Shown here piece after piece: positions 52,436 through 64,000 of a stretch of DNA of 64,000 bases (position 1 is its first letter; each line of letters starts with the position of its first letter). The position numbers and the translations under genes are program-made. Under the pieces are notes generated by a model. That model ran no database searches and was not told the DNA's origin. It was given only the letters and a program-made list of their open reading frames with translations. The DNA is from Balanoglossus misakiensis (lineage: Eukaryota > Animalia > Hemichordata), in NCBI GenBank assembly GCA_040954595.2, contig CM082596.2:654636-718635 (forward strand), written 5' to 3'.

Positions 52436-55400
52436 TCGACTTTGCGGATTTTCGAAATTTGGTCATTTTTTGAAAAAATCATGGGTTATAGCTCAGGAAA
52501 ATCGTCAAAAATCGAGGATTTTTCGACTTTGCGGATTTTCGAAATTTGGTCATTTTTTGAAAAAATCATGGGTTATAGCTCAGGAAAATCGTCAAAAATC
52601 GAGGATTTTTCGACGTTGCGGATTTTCGAAATTTGGTCATTTTTTGAAAAAATCATGGGTTATAGCTCAGGAAAATCGTCAAAAATCGAGGATTTTTCGA
52701 CTTTGCGGATTTTCGAAATTTGGTCATTTTTTGAAAAAATCATGGGTTATAGCTCAGGAAAATCGTCAAAAATCGAGGATTTTTCGACTTTGGGGTTTTT
52801 CGAAATTTGGTCATTTTTTGAAAAAATCATGGGTTATAGCTCAGGAAAATCGTCAAAAATCGAGGATTTTTCGACTTTGGGGATTTTCGAAATTTGGTGA
52901 TTTTTTGAAAAAATCATGGGTTATAGCTCAGGAAAATCGTCAAAAATCGAGGATTTTTCGACTTTGGGGATTTTCGAAATTTGGTGATTTTTTGAAAAAA
53001 TCATGGGTTATAGCTCAGGAAAATCGTCAAAAATCGAGGATTTTTCGACTTTGGGGATTTTCGAAATTTGGTGATTTTTTGAAAAAATCATGGGTTATAG
53101 CTCAGGAAAATCGTCAAAAATCGAGGATTTTTCGACTTTGGGGATTTTCGAAATTTGGTGATTTTTTGAAAAAATCATGGGTTATAGCTCAGGAAAATCG
53201 TCAAAAATCGAGGATTTTTCGACTTTGGGGATTTTCGAAATTTGGTGATTTTTTGAAAAAATCATGGGTTATAGCTCAGGAAAATCGTCAAAAATCGAGG
53301 ATTTTTCGACTTTGGGGATTTTCGAAATTTGGTGATTTTTTGAAAAAATCATGGGTTATAGCTCAGGAAAATCGTCAAAAATCGAGGATTTTTCGACTTT
53401 GGGGATTTTCGAAATTTGGTGATCTTTTGAAAAAGTCATGGGTTATAGCTCAGGAAAATCGTCAAAAATCGAGGATTTTTCGACTTTGGGGATTTTCGAA
53501 ATTTGGTGATCTTTTGAAAAAGTCATGGGTTATAGCTCAGGAAAATCGTCAAAAATCGAGGATTTTTCGACTTTGGGGATTTTCGAAATTTGGTGATTTT
53601 TTTGAAAAAATCATGGGTTATAGCTCAGGAAAATCGTCAAAAATCGAGGATTTTTCGACTTTGGGGATTTTCGAAATTTGGTGATTTTTTTGAAAAAGTC
53701 ATGGGTTATAGCTCAGGAAAATCGTCAAAAATCGATGATTTTTCGACTTTGGGGATTTTCGAAATTTGGTGATTTTTTGAAAAAGTCATGGGTTATAGCT
53801 CAGGAAAATCGTCAAAAATCGAGGATTTTTCGACTTTGGGGATTTTCGAAATTTGGTGATTTTTGTGAAAAAATCATGGGTTATAGCTCAGGAAAATCGT
53901 CAAAAATCGAGGATTTTTCGACTTTGGGGATTTTCGAAATTTGGTGATTTTTGTGAAAAAATCATGGGTTATAGCTCAGGAAAATCGTCAAAAATCGATG
54001 ATTTTTCGACTTTGGGGATTTTCGAAATTTGGTGATTTTTTGAAAAAATCATGGGTTATAGCTCAGGAAAATCGTCAAAAATCGATGATTTTTCGACTTT
54101 GGGGATTTTCGAAATTTGGTGATTTTTTGAAAAAATCATGGGTTATAGCTCAGGAAAATCGTCAAAAATCGATGATTTTTCGACTTTGGGGATTTTCGAA
54201 ATTTGGTGATTTTTTGAAAAAATCATGGGTTATAGCTCAGGAAAATCGTCAAAAATCGATGATTTTTCGACTTTGGGGATTTTCGAAATTTGGTGATTTT
54301 TTGGAAAAAATCATGGGTTATAGCTCAGGAAAATCGTCAAAAATCGATGATTTTTCGACTTTGGGGATTTTCGAAATTTGGTGATTTTTTGGAAAAAATC
54401 ATGGGTTATAGCTCAGGAAAATCGTCAAAAATCGATGATTTTTCGACTTTGGGGATTTTCGAAATTTGGTGATTTTTTGAAAAAATCATGGGTTATAGCT
54501 CAGGAAAATCGTCAAAAATCGATGATTTTTCGACTTTGGGGATTTTCGAAATTTGGTGATTTTTTGAAAAAATCATGGGTTATAGCTCAGGAAAATCGTC
54601 AAAAATCGATGATTTTTCGACTTTGGGGATTTTCGAAATTTGGTGATTTTTTGGAAAAAATCATGGGTTATAGCTCAGGAAAATCGTCAAAAATCGATGA
54701 TTTTTCGACTTTGGGGATTTTCGAAATTTGGTGATTTTTTGAAAAAATCATGGGTTATAGCTCAGGAAAATCGTCAAAAATCGATGATTTTTCGACTTTG
54801 GGGATTTTCGAAATTTGGTGATTTTTTGAAAAAATCATGGGTTATAGCTCAGGAAAATCGTCAAAAATCGATGATTTTTCGACTTTGGGGATTTTCGAAA
54901 TTTGGTGATTTTTTGAAAAAATCATGGGTTATAGCTCAGGAAAATCGTCAAAAATCGATGATTTTTCGACTTTGGGGATTTTCGAAATTTGGTGATTTTT
55001 TGGAAAAAATCATGGGTTATAGCTCAGGAAAATCGTCAAAAATCGATGATTTTTCGACTTTGGGGATTTTCGAAATTTGGTGATTTTTTGGAAAAAATCA
55101 TGGGTTATAGCTCAGGAAAATCGTCAAAAATCGATGATTTTTCGACTTTGGGGATTTTCGAAATTTGGTGATTTTTTGAAAAAATCATGGGTTATAGCTC
55201 AGGAAAATCGTCAAAAATCGATGATTTTTCGACTTTGGGGATTTTCGAAATTTGGTGATTTTTTTGAAAAAATCATGGGTTATAGCTCAGGAAAATCGTC
55301 AAAAATCGATGATTTTTCGACTTTGGGGATTTTCGAAATTTGGTGATTTTTTTGAAAAAATCATGGGTTATAGCTCAGGAAAATCGTCAAAAATCGATGA

Positions 55401-58400
55401 TTTTTCGACTTTGGGGATTTTCGAAATTTGGTGATTTTTTTGAAAAAATCATGGGTTATAGCTCAGGAAAATCGTCAAAAATCGATGATTTTTCGACTTT
55501 GGGGATTTTCGAAATTTGGTGATTTTTTTGAAAAAATCATGGGTTATAGCTCAGGAAAATCGTCAAAAATCGATGATTTTTCGACTTTGGGGATTTTCGA
55601 AATTTGGTGATTTTTTTGAAAAAATCATGGGTTATAGCTCAGGAAAATCGTCAAAAATCGATGATTTTTCGACTTTGGGGATTTTCGAAATTTGGTGATT
55701 TTTTTGAAAAAATCATGGGTTATAGCTCAGGAAAATCGTCAAAAATCGATGATTTTTCGACTTTGGGGATTTTCGAAATTTGGTGATTTTTTTGAAAAAA
55801 TCATGGGTTATAGCTCAGGAAAATCGTCAAAAATCGATGATTTTTCGACTTTGGGGATTTTCGAAATTTGGTGATTTTTTTGAAAAAATCATGGGTTATA
55901 GCTCAGGAAAATCGTCAAAAATCGATGATTTTTCGACTTTGGGGATTTTCGAAATTTGGTGATTTTTTTGAAAAAGTCATGGGTTATAGCTCAGGAAAAT
56001 CGTCAAAAATCGATGATTTTTCGACTTTGGGGATTTTCGAAATTTGGTGATTTTTTGAAAAAGTCATGGGTTATAGCTCAGGAAAATCGTCAAAAATCGA
56101 TGATTTTTCGACTTTGGGGATTTTCGAAATTTGGTGATTTTTTGAAAAAGTCATGGGTTATAGCTCAGGAAAATCGTCAAAAATCGATGATTTTTCGACT
56201 TTGGGGATTTTCGAAATTTGGTGATTTTTTGAAAAAGTCATGGGTTATAGCTCAGGAAAATCGTCAAAAATCGATGATTTTTCGACTTTGGGGATTTTCG
56301 AAATTTGGTGATTTTTTGGAAAAAATCATGGGTTATAGCTCAGGAAAATCGTCAAAAATCGATGATTTTTCGACTTTTGGGGATTTTCGAAATTTGGTGA
56401 TTTTTTGGAAAAAATCATGGGTTATAGCTCAGGAAAATCGTCAAAAATCGATGATTTTTCGACTTTGGGGATTTTCGAAATTTGGTGATTTTTTGAAAAA
56501 ATCATGGGTTATAGCTCAGGAAAATCGTCAAAAATCGATGATTTTTCGACTTTGGGGATTTTCGAAATTTGGTGATTTTTTTGAAAAAATCATGGGTTAT
56601 AGCTCAGGAAAATCGTCAAAAATCGATGATTTTTCGACTTTGGGGATTTTCGAAATTTGGTGATTTTTTTGAAAAAATCATGGGTTATAGCTCAGGAAAA
56701 TCGTCAAAATCGATGATTTTTCGACTTTGGGGATTTTCGAAATTTGGTGATTTTTTTGAAAAAATCATGGGTTATAGCTCAGGAAAATCGTCAAAAATCG
56801 ATGATTTTTCGACTTTGGGGATTTTCGAAATTTGGTGATTTTTTTGAAAAAATCATGGGTTATAGCTCAGGAAAATCGTCAAAAATCGATGATTTTTCGA
56901 CTTTGGGGATTTTCGAAATTTGGTGATTTTTTTGAAAAAATCATGGGTTATAGCTCAGGAAAATCGTCAAAAATCGAGGATTTTTCGACTTTGGGGATTT
57001 TCGAAATTTGGTGATTTTTTTGAAAAAATCATGGGTTACAGCTCAGGAAAATCGTCAAAAATCGAGGATTTTTCGACTTTGGGGATTTCGAAATTTGGTG
57101 ATTTTTTTGAAAAAATCATGGGTTACAGCTCAGGAAAATCGTCAAAAATCGAGGATTTTTCGACTTTGGGGATTTTCGAAATTTGGTGATTTTTTTGAAA
57201 AAATCATGGGTTACAGCTCAGGAAAATCGTCAAAAATCGAGGATTTTTCGACTTTGGGGATTTTCGAAATTTGGTGATTTTTTTGAAAAATCATGGGTTA
57301 CAGCTCAGGAAAATCGTCAAAAATCGAGGGATTTTTCGACTTTGGGGATTTTCGAAATTTGGTGATTTTTTTGAAAAAATCATGGGTTACAGCTCAGGAA
57401 AATCGTCAAAAATCGAGGATTTTTCGACTTTGGGGATTTTCGAAATTTGGTGATTTTTTTGAAAAATCATGGGTTACAGCTCCAGGAAAATCGTCAAAAA
57501 TCGAGGATTTTTCGACTTTGGGGATTTTCGAAATTTGGTGATTTTTTTGAAAAAATCATGGGTTACAGCTCAGGAAAATCGTCAAAAATCGAGGATTTTT
57601 CGACTTTGGGGATTTTCGAAATTTGGTGATTTTTTTGAAAAAATCATGGGTTACAGCTCAGGAAAATCGTCAAAAATCGAGGATTTTTCGACTTTGGGGA
57701 TTTTCGAAATTTGGTGATTTTTTTGAAAAAATCATGGGTTACAGCTCAGGAAAATCGTCAAAAATCGAGGATTTTTCGACTTTGGGGATTTTCGAAATTT
57801 GGTGATTTTTTGAAAAAATCATGGGTTACAGCTCAGGAAAATCGTCAAAAATCGAGGATTTTTCGACTTTGGGGATTTTCGAAATTTGGTGATTTTTTGA
57901 AAAAAATCATGGGTTACAGCTCAGGAAAATCGTCAAAAATCGAGGATTTTTCGACTTTGGGGATTTTCGAAATTTGGTGATTTTTTTGAAAAAATCATGG
58001 GTTACAGCTCAGGAAAATCGTCAAAAATCGAGGATTTTTCGACTTTGGGGATTTTCGAAATTTGGTGATTTTTTTGAAAAATCATGGGTTACAGCTCAGG
58101 AAAATCGTCAAAAATCGAGGATTTTTCGACTTTGGGGATTTTCGAAATTTGGTGATTTTTTGAAAAAATCATGGGTTACAGCTCAGGAAAATCGTCAAAA
58201 ATCGAGGATTTTTCGACTTTGGGGATTTTCGGAAATTTGGTGATTTTTTTGAAAAAATCATGGGTTACAGCTCAGGAAAATCGTCAAAAATCGAGGATTT
58301 TCGACTTTGGGGATTTTCGAAATTTGGTGATTTTTTTGAAAAAATCATGGGTTACAGCTCAGGAAAATCGTCAAAAATCGAGGATTTTTCGACTTTGGGG

Positions 58401-61400
58401 ATTTTCGAAATTTGGTGATTTTTTGAAAAAATCATGGGTTACAGCTCAGGAAATCGTCAAAAATCGAGGATTTTTCGACTTTGGGGATTTTCGAAATTTG
58501 GTGATTTTTTTGAAAAAATCATGGGTTACAGCTCAGGAAAATCGTCAAAAATCGATGATTTTTCGACTTTGGGGATTTTCGAAATTTGGTGATTTTTTTG
58601 AAAAAATCATGGGTTACAGCTCAGGAAAATCGTCAAAAATCGAGGATTTTTCGACTTTGGGGATTTTCGAAATTTGGTGATTTTTTTGAAAAAATCATGG
58701 GTTACAGCTCAGGAAAATCGTCAAAAATCGATGATTTTTCGACTTTGGGGATTTTCGAAATTTGGTGATTTTTTTGAAAAAATCATGGGTTACAGCTCAG
58801 GAAAATCGTCAAAATCGATGATTTTTCGACTTTGGGGATTTTCGAAATTTGGTGATTTTTTTGAAAAAATCATGGGTTACAGCTCAGGAAAATCGTCAAA
58901 AATCGATGATTTTTCGACTTTGGGGATTTTCGAAATTTGGTGATTTTTTTGAAAAAATCATGGGTTACAGCTCAGGAAAATCGTCAAAAATCGATGATTT
59001 TTCGACTTTGGGGATTTTCGAAATTTGGTGATTTTTTTGAAAAAATCATGGGTTACAGCTCAGGAAAATCGTCAAAAATCGATGATTTTTCGACTTTGGG
59101 GATTTTCGAAATTTGGTGATTTTTTTGAAAAAATCATGGGTTACAGCTCAGGAAAATCGTCAAAAAATCGATGATTTTTCGACTTTGGGGATTTTCGAAA
59201 TTTGGTGATTTTTTTGAAAAAATCATGGGTTACAGCTCAGGAAAATCGTCAAAAATCGATGATTTTTCGACTTTGGGGATTTTCGAAATTTGGTGATTTT
59301 TTTGAAAAAATCATGGGTTACAGCTCAGGAAAATCGTCAAAAATCGATGATTTTTCGACTTTGGGGATTTTCGAAATTTGGTGATTTTTTTGAAAAAATC
59401 ATGGGTTACAGCTCAGGAAAATCGTCAAAAATCGATGATTTTTCGACTTTGGGGATTTTCGAAATTTGGTGATTTTTTTGAAAAAATCATGGGTTACAGC
59501 TCAGGAAAATCGTCAAAATCGATGATTTTCGACTTTGGGGATTTTCGAAATTTGGTGATTTTTTGAAAAAATCATGGGTTACAGCTCAGGAAAATCGTCA
59601 AAAATCGATGATTTTTCGACTTTGGGGATTTTCGAAATTTGGTGATTTTTTTGAAAAAATCATGGGTTACAGCTCAGGAAAATCGTCAAAAATCGATGAT
59701 TTTTCGACTTTGGGGATTTTCGAAATTTGGTGATTTTTTTGAAAAATCATGGGTTACAGCTCAGGAAAATCGTCAAAAATCGATGATTTTTCGACTTTGG
59801 GGATTTTCGAAATTTGGTGATTTTTTTGAAAAAATCATGGGTTACAGCTCAGGAAAATCGTCAAAAATCGATGATTTTTCGACTTTGGGGATTTTCGAAA
59901 TTTGGTGATTTTTTTGAAAAAATCATGGGTTATAGCTCAGGAAAATCGTCAAAAATCGATGATTTTTCGACTTTGGGGATTTTCGAAATTTGGTGATTTT
60001 TTTGAAAAAATCATGGGTTATAGCTCAGGAAAATCGTCAAAAATCGATGATTTTTCGACTTTGGGGATTTTCGAAATTTGGTGATTTTTTTGAAAAAATC
60101 ATGGGTTATAGCTCAGGAAAATCGTCAAAAAATCGATGATTTTTCGACTTTGGGGATTTTCGAAATTTGGTGATTTTTTTGTAAAAAATCATGGGTTATA
60201 GCTCAGGAAAATCGTCAAAAATCGATGATTTTTCGACTTTGGGGATTTTCGAAATTTGGTGATTTTTTTGAAAAAATCATGGGTTATAGCTCAGGAAAAT
60301 CGTCAAAAATCGATGATTTTTCGACTTTGGGGATTTTCGAAATTTGGTGATTTTTTTGAAAAAATCATGGGTTATAGCTCAGGAAAATCGTCAAAAATCG
60401 ATGATTTTTCGACTTTGGGGATTTTCGAAATTTGGTGATTTTTTTGAAAAAATCATGGGTTATAGCTCAGGAAAATCGTCAAAAATCGATGATTTTTCGA
60501 CTTTGGGGATTTTCGAAATTTGGTGATTTTTTTGTAAAAATCATGGGTTATAGCTCAGGAAAATCGTCAAAAATCGATGATTTTTCGACTTTGGGATTTT
60601 CGAAATTTGGTGATTTTTTTGAAAAAATCATGGGTTATAGCTCAGGAAAATCGTCAAAAATCGATGATTTTTCGACTTTGGGGATTTTCGAAATTTGGTG
60701 ATTTTTTTGTAAAAATCATGGGTTATAGCTCAGGAAAATCGTCAAAAATCGATGATTTTTCGACTTTGGGGATTTTCGAAATTTGGTGATTTTTTTGAAA
60801 AATCATGGGTTATAGCTCAGGAAAATCGTCAAAAATCGATGATTTTTCGACTTTGGGGATTTTCGAAATTTGGTGATTTTTTTGAAAAAATCATGGGTTA
60901 TAGCTCAGGAAAAATCGTCAAAAATCGATGATTTTTCGACTTTGGGGATTTTCGAAATTTGGTGATTTTTTTGAAAAAATCATGGGTTATAGCTCAGGAA
61001 AATCGTCAAAAATCGATGATTTTTCGACTTTGGGGATTTTCGAAATTTGGTGATTTTTTTGAAAAAAATCATGGGTTATAGCTCAGGAAAATCGTCAAAA
61101 ATCGATGATTTTTCGACTTTGGGGATTTTCGAAATTTGGTGATTTTTTTGAAAAATCATGGGTTATAGCTCAGGAAAATCGTCAAAAATCGATGATTTTT
61201 CGACTTTGGGGATTTTCGAAATTTGGTGATTTTTTTGAAAAATCATGGGTTATAGCTCAGGAAAATCGTCAAAAATCGATGATTTTTCGACTTTGGGGAT
61301 TTTCGAAATTTGGTGATTTTTTTGAAAAAATCATGGGTTATAGCTCAGGAAAATCGTCAAAAATCGATGATTTTTCGACTTTGGGGATTTTCGAAATTTG

Positions 61401-64000
61401 GTGATTTTTTTGAAAAATCATGGGTTATAGCTCAGGAAAATCGTCAAAAATCGATGATTTTTCGACTTTGGGATTTTCGAAATTTGGTGATTTTTTTGAA
61501 AAAATCATGGGTTATAGCTCAGGAAAATCGTCAAAAAGTCGATGATTTTTCGACTTTGGGGATTTTCGAAATTTGGTGATTTTTTTGAAAAAATCATGGG
61601 TTATAGCTCAGGAAAATCGTCAAAAATCGATGATTTTTCGACTTTGGGGATTTTCGAAATTTGGTGATTTTTTGAAAAAATCATGGGTTATAGCTCAGGA
61701 AAATCGTCAAAAATCGATGATTTTTCGACTTTGGGGATTTTCGAAATTTGGTGATTTTTTTGAAAAAATCATGGGTTATAGCTCAGGAAAATCGTCAAAA
61801 ATCGATGATTTTTCGACTTTGGGGATTTTCGAAATTTGGTGATTTTTTGAAAAAATCATGGGTTATAGCTCAGGAAAATCGTCAAAAATCGATGATTTTT
61901 CGACTTTGGGGATTTTCGAAATTTGGTGATTTTTTTGAAAAAATCATGGGTTATAGCTCAGGAAAATCGTCAAAAATCGATGATTTTTCGACTTTGGGGA
62001 TTTTCGAAATTTGGTGATTTTTTTGAAAAAATCATGGGTTATAGCTCAGGAAAATCGTCAAAAATCGATGATTTTTCGACTTTGGGGATTTTCGAAATTT
62101 GGTGATTTTTTTGAAAAAATCATGGGTTATAGCTCAGGAAAATCGTCAAAAATCGATGATTTTTCGACTTTGGGGATTTTCGAAATTTGGTGATTTTTTT
62201 GAAAAATCATGGGTTATAGCTCAGGAAAATCGTCAAAAATCGATGATTTTTCGACTTTGGGGATTTTCGAAATTTGGTGATTTTTTTGGCAAAAATCGAT
62301 GATTTTTCGACTTTGGGGATTTTCGAAATTTGGTGATTTTTTTGAAAAAATCATGGGTTATAGCTCAGGAAAATCGTCAAAAATCGATGATTTTTCGACT
62401 TTGGGGATTTTCGAAATTTGGTGATTTTTGTGAAAAAATCATGGGTTATAGCTCAGGAAAATCGTCAAAAATCGATGATTTTTCGACTTTGGGGATTTTC
62501 GAAATTTGGTGATTTTTGTGAAAAAATCATGGGTTATAGCTCAGGAAAATCGTCAAAAATCGATGATTTTTCGACTTTGGGGATTTTCGAAATTTGGTGA
62601 TTTTTTGAAAAAGTCATGGGTTATAGCTCAGGAAAATCGTCAAAAATCGATGATTTTTCGACTTTGGGGATTTTCGAAATTTGGTGATTTTTGTGAAAAA
62701 GTCATGGGTTATAGCTCAGGAAAATCGTCAAAAATCGATGATTTTTCGACTTTGGGGATTTTCGAAATTTGGTGAATTTTTTTGAAAAAGTCATGGGTTA
62801 TAGCTCAGGAAAATCGTCAAAAATCGATGATTTTTCGACTTTGGGGATTTTCGAAATTTGGTGATTTTTGTGAAAAAATCATGGGTTATAGCTCAGGAAA
62901 ATCGTCAAAAATCGATGATTTTTCGACTTTGGGGATTTTCGAAATTTGGTGATTTTTGTGAAAAAATCATGGGTTATAGCTCAGGAAAATCGTCAAAAAT
63001 CGATGATTTTTCGACTTTGGGGATTTTCGAAATTGGTGATTTTTGTGAAAAAATCATGGGTTATAGCTCAGGAAAATCGTCAAAAATCGATGATTTTTCG
63101 ACTTTGGGGATTTTCGAAATTTGGTGATTTTTGTGAAAAAATCATGGGTTATAGCTCAGGAAAATCGTCAAAAATCGATGATTTTTCGACTTTGGGGATT
63201 TTCGAAATTTGGTGATTTTTGTGAAAAAATCATGGGTTATAGCTCAGGAAAATCGTCAAAAATCGATGATTTTTCGACTTTGGGGATTTTCGAAATTTGG
63301 TGATTTTTGTGAAAAAATCATGGGTTATAGCTCAGGAAAATCGTCAAAAATCGATGATTTTTCGACTTTGGGGATTTTCGAAATTTGGTGATTTTTGTGA
63401 AAAAATCATGGGTTATAGCTCAGGAAAATCGTCAAAAATCGATGATTTTTCGACTTTGGGGATTTTCGAAATTTGGTGATTTTTGTGAAAAAATCATGGG
63501 TTATAGCTCAGGAAAATCGTCAAAAATCGATGATTTTTCGACTTTGGGGATTTTCGAAATTTGGTGATTTTGTGAAAAAATCATGGGTTATAGCTCAGGA
63601 AAATCGTCAAAAATCGATGATTTTTCGACTTTGGGGATTTTCGAAATTTGGTGATTTTTTTGTAAAATCATGGGTTATAGCTCAGGAAAATCGTCAAAAA
63701 TCGATGATTTTTCGACTTTGGGGATTTTCGAAATTTGGTGATTTTTTGGAAAAATCATGGGTTATAGCTCAGGAAAATCGTCAAAAATCGATGATTTTTC
63801 GACTTTGGGGATTTTCGAAATTTGGTGATTTTTTTGAAAAAATCATGGGTTATAGCTCAGGAAAATCGTCAAAAATCGATGATTTTTCGACTTTGGGGAT
63901 TTTACTCTCACGAGATGGTGAATCTCTTTTGAAAAAACCATGGGTTATAGCTCAGGATAATCGTCAAAAATCGATGATTTTTCGACTTTTCGGGGATTTT
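52436..64000. repeat. Satellite DNA array, 87-88-bp unit, ~130 copies (reaches the window edge)
   Basis: Consensus cgactttggggattttcgaaatttggtgattttt(t)tgaaaaaatcatgggttatagctcaggaaaatcgtcaaaaatcga(t/g)gattttt, repeated head-to-tail at very high identity. The ORF-track periodicity of 87/88 nt confirms the unit length. Confidence 0.98.

Noticed and set aside
52442-63567. Many ORFs (up to 404 aa) with repeating KKSWVIAQENRQKS
   Set aside because: These are translations of the 87-bp (multiple of 3) satellite, and frames break at every 88-bp unit; not protein-coding.
52436-64000. CRISPR-like regular repeats (also 36672-36882)
   Set aside because: There are no unique spacers and no cas genes, and the context is eukaryotic with introns.

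Overview
Intron-containing, AT-rich animal genomic DNA, most likely an invertebrate deuterostome (echinoderm/hemichordate-like, inferred from the CCK-type peptides and the GPCR type). Left to right it contains: (i) four paralogous, highly diverged rhodopsin-class GPCRs with intronless CDSs (0.1-9.0 kb), all lacking DRY and NPxxY; (ii) an 8-exon secreted type-B carboxylesterase; (iii) a 34-coding-exon DEG/ENaC/ASIC-family channel (~1726 aa by manual splicing); (iv) a convergent cholecystokinin/sulfakinin-type precursor encoding six YGWG-x-x-F-amides, with a probable 5'-UTR exon and TATA box ~9.3 kb upstream; (v) repeat-rich non-coding DNA; (vi) an ~11.6-kb satellite of 87-88-bp units running to the window end. 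The standout is the channel. Its extracellular finger region carries a ~1158-aa cassette of 22 symmetric phase-1 exons encoding 14 LDL-receptor class A-type repeats, 4 PAN/apple domains and 3 kringles, i.e. a receptor-like ectodomain built into an ion channel. All exon models are manual readings of splice signals and reading frames and need RNA confirmation.
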